Below, one piece after another: positions 38,301 to 47,954 of a stretch of 64,000 nt of DNA (the stretch's first letter is position 1; each line of letters opens with the position of its first letter). Source of the DNA: Candidatus Cloacimonadales bacterium (GTDB taxonomy: Bacteria > Cloacimonadota > Cloacimonadia > Cloacimonadales > DAONDQ01); the NCBI GenBank assembly GCA_963662275.1, contig OY759316.1, positions 384,001-448,000 of the forward strand. The letters run 5' to 3'. The notes beneath the pieces were generated by a model, which saw only the letters and a list, made by a program, of their open reading frames with translations, had not been told where the DNA came from and ran no database searches. A program made the translations under genes and the position numbers.

Positions 38301-38929
38301 GCAAACTGGAAAACGGATTTAAGCCAGATTTAATTATTACAGATGTGATAATGCCGGGTATGAATGGCAAAGAATTGGCTGACAGGATAAGGCAGATTGT
38401 ACCAGATCAGAAAGTATTGTTTATGTCAGGTTTCACAGATAATATCATTGTCCCTTATGGCGTGCTTGACTACGGCATTCCTTTTATCCAAAAACCATTT
38501 TCGGCAAAAGAGATAGCAGGGAAAATGAAAACATTATTATCTCCACCCCCAAAGCAGAATGGGAATAGTTTCCGAGTTCTTATGCTGGATGATGATGAAA
38601 ATATCTTGTTGCTAGCTAAACGGGCATTCATTAAGCGTGGAAATGAATTTATAGGAGTGTGTAATCTGAAAAATGCCATGCTGGAACTGAGTAAAGGTAA
38701 TTTTGATGTACTACTGATTGATATCAACCTGGTAAGTATGACTGGAATGGAAGCCTTACAGAGTATCAGGGATGCTGGTTATCATATGCCTGCTATTGCG
38801 ATTTCAGGGATGCTCAACCTCAGCCTGGTTACGGAAATGCAGGCTCTGGGAGTGGTAAAGACTATGGAAAAGTCTTCCGATATGATCCCTTTGATTTATG
38901 CTGCCGAAGAGGCTATTAAAGGCAGTTAA
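35315..38929 (+). CDS. Hybrid sensor histidine kinase (dCache-HAMP-PAS-PAS-HisKA-HATPase-REC-REC)
   Basis: FDARIRPWY..WSDPY; LAGGVAHDFNNLL; NLVLNSRDAM, DTGYGM, FEPFFTTK, GLGLGLS; two receiver domains (VEDE..TDVIMP; LDDD..IDINL). Confidence 0.93.
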   Translation: MNIFSKEASVPKPKFKLSIRTFLILVISVMVSAPVLISTYFSFRYGAKSTKILIMNSIDVLNSNIQEEISDFFEIPDEINNMNQNLILGHLLDEKNQSELMTYFHEQIKTHNKVSSITFANKAGGIANAGIDHASKQYYVIYTEKFERGVFNKYALDSNGKMTELITQLPDFDARIRPWYKNALNHTGIVWSDPYLMATGNNLGINASMAIRDHDNQLLGVVCVDLFLSDLSKFLARLDLGKGAQTYIMEKSGMLIASSNNDKLFNLDSENHIHNRIDALVSESEIIRTTSTQLKRKYIDFSNINHDTNFDITIEDEAYLVQVKPFSVITNQQWLIVTVVPKITYMAKVYANNQILIFIMIIILIVSILFSLRLSRMVSQPILSLDKKVRAISQGDWSSEPIQSRILEIDDLAVETFKMKTTIKSTIEALNNEISERKQTETILQDIIDNNPMSIQIVDKEGYTIQVNAAHTQLFGLVPPPDYCLFNDMFIEQQDQKGLMERAKKGEIIHLPIMYYNIHNVNPEYPDNPIWVKAVIFPLNGSDGNPERYVFMHDDITKIKQAERLIIENAERYKVLAEQSRTITWEVNAEGLFTYVTPVIEQILGYSPSEIVNKFHFYDFHPEEGRDLFQSAAFEVFTRKESIQNLLNAALSKTGELVWFHTNVVPIIGKDGELLGFKGSNTDITERIHMEEENIRIQNQFNQSHKMELLGQLAGGVAHDFNNLLTVIMGYSEELRSNLPPQSQNQKEAAEIFKAGSRAKELTQQLLSFSRKQVIQAKVLDLNALVANLQSIFLRLIKEDIQIVSIPSKESALVKADHGQIEQVITNLVLNSRDAMPNGGKITISTAVIDDITAVLENFDQVKPGKYVLLSVSDTGYGMSPSVQSKIFEPFFTTKDKGNGLGLGLSTVYGIVLQSEGHIFVDSEQGKGTTVKILFPITKETLPSEQDPSNGRDMCGNGENVLIVEDEELLANFFKEMVSKLGYNVIVVNSGTEAISKLENGFKPDLIITDVIMPGMNGKELADRIRQIVPDQKVLFMSGFTDNIIVPYGVLDYGIPFIQKPFSAKEIAGKMKTLLSPPPKQNGNSFRVLMLDDDENILLLAKRAFIKRGNEFIGVCNLKNAMLELSKGNFDVLLIDINLVSMTGMEALQSIRDAGYHMPAIAISGMLNLSLVTEMQALGVVKTMEKSSDMIPLIYAAEEAIKGS

Positions 38930-39289
38930 ATAGAAATATTTGTTCTTAGTATGCTCCTATTTTAGCATCAGCATTTTTTGATCTTGAATTGGTCATGGCA
39001 CTTTACCTGAGAAACAGTCCTAAACAGAATTAGAAAAGAAAGATATATCTCATTGTTCTTTTAGAAGCGTTTTCATTATAATATCCAAAACTGATGTAGT
39101 GTGAAGTAAAGTTTATTTTTTTGGCTAAGTTTTGGAAGATGGTATCGAAAATTTCTTTGACAATTTAAACGCTATTAAGATAAACAATATCATAGTTAGG
39201 ATTGGGATTTTAAATTATTCTAACTAGTGATTAGTACTGTAACTAATTCTGTCCATATAGTTATTATTTGGAAATATAGGAGATAGGTC

Positions 39290-41305
39290 ATGCTTGAACC
39301 AGTCTATAGCAATGCAATGACGATTAATTTACCTAAAGAACTTCCACCCCGAAAGCCTTTTTTACCAGGTTATCGCAGAGCGCCCAGTCGGGGATTTACT
39401 CTCAATGAAAAAGATACTATTCTTGCTCTTCAAAATGTCTTGCGATATATTCCCACTGAATTTCATCAGGAACTGATTCCTGAATTCCTGGAAGAACTAA
39501 CTACAATGGGTCGCATTTACGCCTATCGATTCCGACCTGAAGGCAGGATTTACGGTAAACCAATTGAAGAATATAATGGCATCACGGCAGCCCGTGCCCT
39601 GCAGGTTAATATCGATAATAATCTAGATTTTGAGATTGCTTTATATCCTTATGAACTTGTTACTTATGGTGAAACGGGACAAGTCTGCCAAAACTGGATT
39701 CAATATCAGCTCATAAAAAAATATCTCGAGGTAATGTCAGAAGACCAGACACTAGTCGTCTCCTCAGGGCATCCTCTAGGTCTGTTTCCTTCCCGTCCCG
39801 AATCTCCCCGCGTCATATCTACGAACGGGTTAATTATTGGGAAATGGGATAATCCGGAAGACTTCAAGCGCCTTACTGCCCTTGGTGTTACAAATTATGG
39901 TCAAATGACTGCCGGCGGTTGGATGTATATCGGTCCACAAGGCATTGTTCACGGTACTTATTTAACTTTACTGAATGCCGGAAGACTTTACCTGGGTATT
40001 CCAGATGATCAGGATTTGGCTGGAAGAACCTTTATATCATCAGGTTTAGGAGGGATGTCAGGTGCTCAGTCCAAAGCGATAGAAATTGCGGGTGGTGTCG
40101 GTGTTATAGCAGAAGTGGATATCAGCCGGATTGAAACCAGGCAGAAACAAGGCTGGGTGAAACTGGTTTCTGATGAAATTCCTCAAATTCTTACCTGGAT
40201 GAATGAGTATGTGCAAAAGCGAGAAGCTGTCTCCATTGCTTATCACGGTAACATTGTTGATTTACTGGAATACATAGATGAATACAATATCCAAGTTGAT
40301 CTTATCTCTGACCAGACATCCTGCCATGTGGTTTATGAAGGCGGGTACATTCCGGTTGGACTGGATTTCGAAGAAGCCCGCAAGATGTTAATTAAAGAAC
40401 CTGTAGCATTCAAATCATTTGTGGATGAATCTCTTCACAGGCAATTCAAAGTACTGAAATCCCTCACAGCACAAGGTGCTCATTTCTGGGATTATGGCAA
40501 CAACTTCCTGGCGTCCGTTTTTGAAGTGGGAATTACAGCCATAGCCAAGAATGGCATGAATACACTGGATGGATTTATTTGGCCTTCCTATGTGGAAGAT
40601 ATCATGGGTCCGATTTGCTTTGACTATGGATATGGACCATTCCGCTGGATTTGCTTAACGGGAAAGATCGAAGATCTTAGGAAAACTGACCAAGCGGCAA
40701 TGGACTGTATCGATCCGAAAAGAAATCCGCAGGATCGGGATAACTATCATTGGATTGCAACCGCAGAAAAAAATCAATTGGTTGTGGGTACAAAAGCTCG
40801 TATATTATATGCAGACGAAGAGGGCAGGATTCGAATTGCCCTCAAATTTAACGAAATGGTACAAAAGGGTGAAATCGGACCCGTTATGCTGGGTCGAGAT
40901 CATCATGATGTATCCGGTACAGATTCACCCTTCAGGGAAACAGCAAACATTCATGACGGAAGCAATCTCACAGCCGATATGGCGGTTCAATGTTTTGCCG
41001 GAAATATTGCCAGGGGCATGACATTAGTTGTCCTATCAAATGGGGGAGGGGTTGGTATCGGTCGGTCATTCAATGGTGGAAATGGTATTGTTTTAGACGG
41101 TTCAGTACGAATAAATGATGTCCTTACCAGTGGTTTATCTTGGGATGTGATGGGTGGAGTGGCTCGACGCAGTTGGGCGCGTAATGAGAATGCCATGAAA
41201 ACTTCAGTCACTTGGAACAGAGATCATAAAAATGGGCAAATTACTATACCTTTCATTGTGAAGGAAGGTTTGTTAGAAGAGATTGTACATCAGTATTTTG
41301 AATGA
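39290..41305 (+). CDS. hutU: Urocanate hydratase (long form)
   Basis: NNLD..IALYPYELVTYG, YGQMTAGGWMYIGPQGIVHGT, GLGGMSGAQ, SDQTSCH, GRDHHDVSGTDSPFRET. Confidence 0.97.
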   Translation: MLEPVYSNAMTINLPKELPPRKPFLPGYRRAPSRGFTLNEKDTILALQNVLRYIPTEFHQELIPEFLEELTTMGRIYAYRFRPEGRIYGKPIEEYNGITAARALQVNIDNNLDFEIALYPYELVTYGETGQVCQNWIQYQLIKKYLEVMSEDQTLVVSSGHPLGLFPSRPESPRVISTNGLIIGKWDNPEDFKRLTALGVTNYGQMTAGGWMYIGPQGIVHGTYLTLLNAGRLYLGIPDDQDLAGRTFISSGLGGMSGAQSKAIEIAGGVGVIAEVDISRIETRQKQGWVKLVSDEIPQILTWMNEYVQKREAVSIAYHGNIVDLLEYIDEYNIQVDLISDQTSCHVVYEGGYIPVGLDFEEARKMLIKEPVAFKSFVDESLHRQFKVLKSLTAQGAHFWDYGNNFLASVFEVGITAIAKNGMNTLDGFIWPSYVEDIMGPICFDYGYGPFRWICLTGKIEDLRKTDQAAMDCIDPKRNPQDRDNYHWIATAEKNQLVVGTKARILYADEEGRIRIALKFNEMVQKGEIGPVMLGRDHHDVSGTDSPFRETANIHDGSNLTADMAVQCFAGNIARGMTLVVLSNGGGVGIGRSFNGGNGIVLDGSVRINDVLTSGLSWDVMGGVARRSWARNENAMKTSVTWNRDHKNGQITIPFIVKEGLLEEIVHQYFE

Positions 41306-41309
41306 TAAT

Positions 41310-41359
41310 GGGATGCCAAATTCCGATTTAGCGAGTGGCAAATCGGAGTTCGCTACCCC
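41310..41359. repeat. Short REP-like inverted pair
   Basis: GGGATGCCAAATTCCGATTTAGC / GGCAAATCGGAGTTCGCTACCCC. Confidence 0.5.
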
Positions 41360-41381
41360 TTTCATTTAATGGGAGAAGCTT

Positions 41382-42749
41382 ATGCAGGAAAACTTGCTTC
41401 AATTTCAAGAAAGAATGCGGCAAGAAGGATTGACCGAAAACGTCATTTGTACTTTTAGTGAGTATTATCGTCTTTTAGCAGCAGGAGCCACAGGAAAACT
41501 CAATTCTGCAGAAATATCTCCCCCTTCGAAGGACAGATTGCAATTCTATAGCAACCTGGAAGCAAGTGATAATGTTTTATTAGATCAGCTTCTTGTTATT
41601 AAACTCAATGGCGGACTGGGAACTAGTATGGGTTTGACGAAAGCAAAATCCCTCTTGCCAGTCAAGGGAGATTTAAACTTCCTGGATATTCTTGCCAGGC
41701 AGACAATTACTTTAGAAAAGAAAACGCATAGACATATACACTTACTCATGATGGATAGTTATAATACACAGGACGATACACTTTTCTATTTAGAGAAATA
41801 TCCGGAGCTTCAGGGTTCGGGATTTCCATTGGATTTCTTACAGAATAAATATCCTCGTATTCGACAATCAGACTTGACGCCTTTAGCTTTGAAAGATGAT
41901 CATCAGAATTGGAATCCTCCTGGTCATGGCGATTTGTTTTCAGTACTATATTCAACAGGATTGTTGGACAGACTGTTAGAAAAAGGAATTCGTTACGCTT
42001 TTATCGCCAATTCTGATAATCTTGGTGCAGTTGTGGATACTAAAATACTCTCCTGGATGGTGAAAACAAATATTCCCTTTATTATGGAAGTCTGTGATCG
42101 GACGGAAATGGACAAAAAAGGCGGACATCTCGCAGAATCAAGTACTGGCAGATTACTGCTTCGAGAGATAGCTCAATGCCCCAAAGAGGAAATGGATGAA
42201 TTCCAAGATATCCAGGTTTATTCGTATTTCAACACGAACAATATTTGGTTGGATTTGGAAGCATTGCGCCATGTTATGCAGGCGACAAACGGTGTTTTAC
42301 TGCTGCCATTGATTATTAACCCCAAAACAGTGGAAGGTGAGAAAGTGATTCAGTTGGAAACTGCTATGGGAGCAGCGATACAGACTTTTGAAGGGTCAAT
42401 GGCATTGGTTGTTCCCCGCACTCGATTTACGCCAGTCAAGAAAACCAATGATCTATTAGCTTTATGGTCTGATGTATATCAATTGAATGAGGAATATCAG
42501 GTTGTCCTTCATCCTTCTTTGACGAAACCACCTTATATTCATTTGGAAGAAATATTCTATGGACATCTTCACCAAATGCAGGAAAGATTTGATTCGAATA
42601 TTCCGTCTCTCCTGGAATGTACGAGCTTGCGTATTCATGGCGATGTGCATTTTGGTAAGAATGTTATTTGCAGAGGTAATGTTGAAATTCATTCTGAACA
42701 CCCTATCCAGTTAAAAGATCAAGTACTGGAAGGAAAAATACATTTTTAA
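41382..42749 (+). CDS. UTP--glucose-1-phosphate uridylyltransferase (UDPGP family, eukaryote-like type)
   Basis: KLNGGLGTSMG..KAKS, WNPPGHGD, NSDNLGA, DKKGGHL, FNTNNIW, QLETAMG, RF.PVK. Confidence 0.95.
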   Translation: MQENLLQFQERMRQEGLTENVICTFSEYYRLLAAGATGKLNSAEISPPSKDRLQFYSNLEASDNVLLDQLLVIKLNGGLGTSMGLTKAKSLLPVKGDLNFLDILARQTITLEKKTHRHIHLLMMDSYNTQDDTLFYLEKYPELQGSGFPLDFLQNKYPRIRQSDLTPLALKDDHQNWNPPGHGDLFSVLYSTGLLDRLLEKGIRYAFIANSDNLGAVVDTKILSWMVKTNIPFIMEVCDRTEMDKKGGHLAESSTGRLLLREIAQCPKEEMDEFQDIQVYSYFNTNNIWLDLEALRHVMQATNGVLLLPLIINPKTVEGEKVIQLETAMGAAIQTFEGSMALVVPRTRFTPVKKTNDLLALWSDVYQLNEEYQVVLHPSLTKPPYIHLEEIFYGHLHQMQERFDSNIPSLLECTSLRIHGDVHFGKNVICRGNVEIHSEHPIQLKDQVLEGKIHF

Positions 42750-42770
42750 TAAAAGAATAAGGAGATAGAA

Positions 42771-43580
42771 ATGTACCCAATTTACATCGTTGATGCATTT
42801 ACAACCAATGCTTTCGGAGGTAACCAAGCAGGAGTTGTTCTTTTGGATAAGCCTGCCAAAGAAGAATGGATGCAGAAAGTAGCATTAGAAATGGGCTTTT
42901 CCGAAACTGCATTTGTCTATCCTGTTATTGCCGGTGAAGTGTTTGGACTTCGGTGGTTTACTCCAAAATTGGAAGTCATGCTTTGCGGTCATGGTACATT
43001 AGCTACGTCCAAGGTTCTTTTTCAGGAAAAGATGATAACAGGTAACAAAATCACTTTTGAAACCATGAGCGGACGATTATTTTCTTCACTTGAAGAAGAT
43101 ATGATAAAACTTGATTTTCCCTCTGAAACCCCCATAGTAGTAGAGAAAACTAATCGGATAACCGATGCTTTTGAATTGGAAGAGGTTCACCAGATTGCAT
43201 ATGCATCCAAAATTGGTATGCTTTTGATTCACCTCCCGAAGGAAAAGACACTAGTTGAATTGACTCCCAATATGAATTTGCTTCGAAAAGTTGAACTTAC
43301 ACATTTGAATGGTGTTATTCTCACTGCCCGTTCCAGGAAGAACTACGATTTTGTATCCAGGTTCTTTTCTCCCTGGGATGGTGTTGATGAAGATCCTGTC
43401 ACAGGTTCAGCCCACACTGTACTCGCCCCTTATTGGGGTAAGATTTTGAAAAAAAAGGAAATGAAAGCACATCAAGCCTCTGAAAGAGGTGGAGATTTGG
43501 TCGTCAGGTTAAAAGATAATAACCGTGTTGAATTACTTGGGTCAGCCGTTATCGTGATGAAAGGTAATTTACTTGTTTGA
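42771..43580 (+). CDS. PhzF family epimerase/isomerase
   Basis: VDAFT..FGGN.AGV, SETAF, RWFTP..EV.LCGHGTLA, EDPVTGSAH. Confidence 0.93.
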   Translation: MYPIYIVDAFTTNAFGGNQAGVVLLDKPAKEEWMQKVALEMGFSETAFVYPVIAGEVFGLRWFTPKLEVMLCGHGTLATSKVLFQEKMITGNKITFETMSGRLFSSLEEDMIKLDFPSETPIVVEKTNRITDAFELEEVHQIAYASKIGMLLIHLPKEKTLVELTPNMNLLRKVELTHLNGVILTARSRKNYDFVSRFFSPWDGVDEDPVTGSAHTVLAPYWGKILKKKEMKAHQASERGGDLVVRLKDNNRVELLGSAVIVMKGNLLV

Positions 43581-43610
43581 TAAAGCCAATCCGACAACAA
43601 AGGAAAAGGC

Positions 43611-44576
43611 ATGATTAGTCGTGTACAAAAGATTAGACTGGGTATTTTTATAGCCATAGGTGCGACGCTAATTCTCGTTTTTGCTGGTGTAGTTGCAGGT
43701 AGTCAATTAATCCAGCACAAAGACATTTATTACGTTACATATACCGATGTTTCGGTAAATGGACTGCAAGAAGGTGGTGCTGTTGGATATCATGGCATTA
43801 AAGTAGGGACTGTAAAATCAATCAAGGTCAATCCCAGGGATGTCTCTAAAATCGTTGTCACTATCAGTATCGAGGCTGGTACTCCCATCAAAAAAGATGT
43901 TGTTGCCACTCTCGTTCCAGTCGGAATAACAGGATTGAAATCTGTAGAACTGAAAGGCGGTTCAAATGAAGCAGGACTCTTGCCCCCGAAATCATTCATT
44001 CCTGCAGGAGTATCCACTTTTGACGATATCACCTTAAAAGCTGTTTCTATTGCTGAGAAGCTTGATTTATTGATTGGAAATTTGACGGTAATGACAGGAA
44101 AGGAAAATCAAGCTGCTTTAAATCATGCGATAGTCAACCTAGATTCGCTGGTCGTAGAAAATCGTTCCACCTTGACTAGTTTATTGATCAATTTGGATAA
44201 AGTCAGTGGAGATGTCGCAAAAATGACCAGTACTGGCTCCTCGAGACTCGATCATATCGCAATGTCCATTGATAGTACAGCTACTAGAATCAATGAATTA
44301 GTCAATTCACCGGCAATTGACAGTTTGATTACCAATATAGCCAAGTTTTCAGGGGGGCTTGCTGAAGCCAATATGAAGCAATTAGTTACAGACTTAAGCT
44401 ATACTTCCAGGCAACTCACCAGTACTCTATATAATGTGGATAAGACATTGTTGCGTGGTAGAGGTGATATCCAAGAGACGCTTGATAATATTCGCGATTT
44501 GACGGAAAGCTTGGCTGAATTTGCCAAGCAGATCAACGAAAATCCATCAATCCTGATACGCGGTCGAAAGAATTAA
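43611..44576 (+). CDS. MCE/MlaD family protein with a long helical C-terminus
   Basis: N-terminal TM; VNGL..G..V.YHGIKVGTV; GITG...VEL.GG; ends NPSILIRG. Confidence 0.9.
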   Translation: MISRVQKIRLGIFIAIGATLILVFAGVVAGSQLIQHKDIYYVTYTDVSVNGLQEGGAVGYHGIKVGTVKSIKVNPRDVSKIVVTISIEAGTPIKKDVVATLVPVGITGLKSVELKGGSNEAGLLPPKSFIPAGVSTFDDITLKAVSIAEKLDLLIGNLTVMTGKENQAALNHAIVNLDSLVVENRSTLTSLLINLDKVSGDVAKMTSTGSSRLDHIAMSIDSTATRINELVNSPAIDSLITNIAKFSGGLAEANMKQLVTDLSYTSRQLTSTLYNVDKTLLRGRGDIQETLDNIRDLTESLAEFAKQINENPSILIRGRKN

Positions 44577-44592
44577 CCCGAGATACAAAGGA

Positions 44593-46770
44593 ATGACCAT
44601 GAAATCAGTCCTTAAATTTTCAGTTTTATTGTTGTTCATGGCTATCATGTCATCATGTGCGATCAACCAACATGTGCCACAGACAAGTTTCTATATTATG
44701 GATTATAATTCTAATACAGAAAAGCCTGAATTAAAACAGTTAACTCCTTATCCCAGTACCCTTCAGATCAATGAAAGTGTAATTCCGCATACCTATAACA
44801 GGAACCAGATAGTCATCAAAAAATCCCTCTATAGAGTTAGTTATCTTCCTACAGATCAATGGGCAGCGAAATTATATGAAACGATTACAAATCTTGTTCA
44901 ACAACGAATTGTCAGCTACAATATATTTGCCCGTGCTGACCAGGATTATTCTGGAGATAGACCGACTTATGAAATGGATATAATTGTTAGAAATATTGAA
45001 CGTTTAGATTATGGCATTCGACTTAAGGCACATCTTGGGATAGATTTCAATTTCAGGGCAGGAGGCAGCCAGGATATTATCTTTTCTCATCATGCAGATC
45101 TTGAACAAGATCTGTGGGATGAGACTCTCGATAGCTATGTGATAGAAATCAATAACATGTTAATGAAAGAAACAGATGTCTTTTCCGGTAAGATTATTTC
45201 TTATTTGAAAACCGGAACTCCTGTAAAAAAAGTAGTAACTTCACAAGGTTTTATGCCTGATTCTTTAAAGACAGCAATATCAGATTCAGTAAAAACTACG
45301 ATACCTGATTCTACGCAGCATGTTCTCACACAGACAGTAGGTGGTACAGAAGGTGAGTTGTATTTACCTGCCCTTACTGATTCTGATACAGAACCCTTAT
45401 ACAATGTATATAAAATGAACGATATTGAAGTTGCTACCGGTATGATGGGACATCCTTTGTCAATTCCCAATGGTAGTTATAGACTCAAATATGGTTCTGA
45501 ACTACAAATGTCAAAAGAAGTCACAATCTATCCTAATACTAGGATGACAGTCATACCTGACTGGGGAGCGCTAATCGTTAATATTATCGATGAAAATCGT
45601 AATCCTGTTAAAATTCGCTATGAAGTTTTTAGCGATAATGAAAACAATGTTGTCAGTTTTGGTAACGATTACAGTCGAATCGCTGAATTAGGTGAAAAAC
45701 CCCTGACTTGGTTGCTGCCTCCAGGACAATATAAGATTACTTTTAATGGGCAATCCTATAATACTTATTCTGATTTCACGACGGTCAATATCGCTCCGAA
45801 TGCTGTCTATCGTTTATCGGTAGTTGTTGATCTGAACATGCACATGGTTGGAGCTGGAGTCATTCGAGCTGAAGATGCGCTAGCTACAGCCAAGGGTCTA
45901 AAATTCAGCAATTCTCTAAATGGAATTATCAATTTGACTTCCAACAACACGACAAATGAAAAGAATCCTTCTCAGAGTATTTCCCTGAGTGGTCAATTCG
46001 ATAATCGGGTTAGTTATGATATATATCCGCATCACTATACCACTAAAAGTTTATATGAACTCGAACTGACAAAACTCACGGGTACTGATTTCAGGGTCAC
46101 AATCGATGAATATTCAATTAGGAACACCTATATTTTGTACTTCATGAAACAAGTGGGATTTTATACTAGATTAGATGCTTCGAGCCATTTTTTTCCTGGT
46201 CATGTCAACTTTGAATCACCTCGAAATACGATCATGATTAATAAAAATGGAGCCGTGATTGATACTCTTTTCAATGTTGATAATGTCCAGGTTTCACCTT
46301 CTTTGCTCCCTTTGAATATGAGAGAAGGAGTTGGTATCAATTATAGGATGTTCCAGAGTCTCGGTGCAAATGTGAGTCTTCGAGGAGGTTTTGGTTGGCA
46401 GCAGGAATATACACAAGATGTGTTTGGTTTTGATGCAACTGTGAATATTCCAAATTCTTCACTTGGTCATGCTGCTGATTTTGATATTTATCATGAACGC
46501 CCCGCCTCTTTCCCAAGTGGTATTGAGACTTCTTTGATTTCAAGTTTTCTCATACGTTTTTTAAATATGGGAATTACTTCAACAGCAGATTTCTTATTTC
46601 CTTTTCAAAAAGGAAAATCTGCAACAATGGATGTTGAAAACGTTTTAACAGTCAGTCTTGTAAGAAATGTCTCCTTGGATATACGACTTGATTTTAGTTA
46701 TGATAAAACAAAACAAAATTATGTGATCCAAGATTACCGAACCTATTTACGTGTCTCCTGGTTCTATTGA
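44593..46770 (+). CDS. Lipoprotein: ABC-transport auxiliary (PqiC-like) domain fused to a probable outer-membrane beta-barrel
   Basis: Lipobox ..IMSSC; Y.RNQIV..Y..DQWA (PqiC-like); C-terminal amphipathic strands ending RTYLRVSWFY. Confidence 0.65.
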   Translation: MTMKSVLKFSVLLLFMAIMSSCAINQHVPQTSFYIMDYNSNTEKPELKQLTPYPSTLQINESVIPHTYNRNQIVIKKSLYRVSYLPTDQWAAKLYETITNLVQQRIVSYNIFARADQDYSGDRPTYEMDIIVRNIERLDYGIRLKAHLGIDFNFRAGGSQDIIFSHHADLEQDLWDETLDSYVIEINNMLMKETDVFSGKIISYLKTGTPVKKVVTSQGFMPDSLKTAISDSVKTTIPDSTQHVLTQTVGGTEGELYLPALTDSDTEPLYNVYKMNDIEVATGMMGHPLSIPNGSYRLKYGSELQMSKEVTIYPNTRMTVIPDWGALIVNIIDENRNPVKIRYEVFSDNENNVVSFGNDYSRIAELGEKPLTWLLPPGQYKITFNGQSYNTYSDFTTVNIAPNAVYRLSVVVDLNMHMVGAGVIRAEDALATAKGLKFSNSLNGIINLTSNNTTNEKNPSQSISLSGQFDNRVSYDIYPHHYTTKSLYELELTKLTGTDFRVTIDEYSIRNTYILYFMKQVGFYTRLDASSHFFPGHVNFESPRNTIMINKNGAVIDTLFNVDNVQVSPSLLPLNMREGVGINYRMFQSLGANVSLRGGFGWQQEYTQDVFGFDATVNIPNSSLGHAADFDIYHERPASFPSGIETSLISSFLIRFLNMGITSTADFLFPFQKGKSATMDVENVLTVSLVRNVSLDIRLDFSYDKTKQNYVIQDYRTYLRVSWFY

Positions 46771-46774
46771 TTTT

Positions 46775-47953
46775 ATGAACAAAAAAGATTCTACTGTACC
46801 CCCAACTCCAAGAGGTACTACTCCAAAATCTGTATCTGATGTACTGCCTACTTCAGGTGGTGTTGCTGATCATATGGAACTCATAGAATCCCGTCTTGTT
46901 TTGCAGGGAGCGTTGGATTTTTACACAACTCCTGCCCTTTGTGAAAAATGGGAACAAATGAAAGATAAAGATAAAATTAAGCAAATCGACCTCCATGAAC
47001 TGGATAATATAGATAGTGCGGGGGTTGCTTTCCTGGATGAGATATTGCTTCAAATGAAATCTTCTCATGCAGAAGTGGAAATTATCGGGATCCCGGATAA
47101 ACTTCAGGAATCATTAAAAATATTCTCTTCCACTGTCTTGGAAAAGGAAGAAGAACTACCCCATGTAGGTATTTTTGAATACCTGGGTGATGAGGCTTAT
47201 CGCTGGCGAGATTACTTTTTTGAACTTGTATTTATCACTTCCGAAATCTTCTATTGGTCTTTAATAGGGTTATTTGATCGCAAAGGGCAAAGAAAAGGTT
47301 CATTTATCCAACAAGCAATTTTCATCGGTATGGATGCGTTTGGTATTGTTGCTCTATTATCTCTCATTATCGGCTTGATCTTATCCCTGCAATCAGCAGC
47401 CCAACTTCGATTATTTGGGGCAAATATTTTTATTGCTGATTTGCTATCCATTTCTTTAGTCAGGGAAATGGGTCCTATGATGACAGCAATTATTCTGGCT
47501 GGTAGAAGTGGTTCTGCGATTGCAGCGGAAATTGCTACGATGCAAGTAACGGAAGAAATTGACGCTTTAAAGATCATGGGATTAAATCCGATACGTTATA
47601 TAGTGGTGCCCAAATTTCACGCTTTTACAGTATGTATGCCCATTTTAGTTACATGCTCCATTTTCATCGGTATGTTTGGGGGTTTTATTGTAGCCGTTAC
47701 ATATTTGGATTTGAATGCTACAACTTTTCTCAATCGAGCTATTGATATTCTTGTCATTAAAGACATTGTAATCAGTCTTTCCAAAAGTACTTTCTTTGCA
47801 TGGTTGATCGTTGTTATTGGCAGTTTTTACGGTTTTAGAGTAAAAGGTGGTGCTGAAGGGGTTGGCAAGGCAACAACTCAGTCAGTAGTTGCCTCCATTT
47901 TTGCGGTGATAGTCTTTGATGCCCTCTTCAGCCTTTTATATTTGGGGGATTAA
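46775..47953 (+). CDS. MlaE-family ABC permease with N-terminal STAS domain
   Basis: IDL.ELDNIDSAGVAFL (STAS); REMGPMMTAIILAGRSGSAIAAEIATM.VTEEIDAL; GGAEGVGKATT. Start codon uncertain. Confidence 0.9.
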   Translation: MNKKDSTVPPTPRGTTPKSVSDVLPTSGGVADHMELIESRLVLQGALDFYTTPALCEKWEQMKDKDKIKQIDLHELDNIDSAGVAFLDEILLQMKSSHAEVEIIGIPDKLQESLKIFSSTVLEKEEELPHVGIFEYLGDEAYRWRDYFFELVFITSEIFYWSLIGLFDRKGQRKGSFIQQAIFIGMDAFGIVALLSLIIGLILSLQSAAQLRLFGANIFIADLLSISLVREMGPMMTAIILAGRSGSAIAAEIATMQVTEEIDALKIMGLNPIRYIVVPKFHAFTVCMPILVTCSIFIGMFGGFIVAVTYLDLNATTFLNRAIDILVIKDIVISLSKSTFFAWLIVVIGSFYGFRVKGGAEGVGKATTQSVVASIFAVIVFDALFSLLYLGD

Positions 47954-47954
47954 A

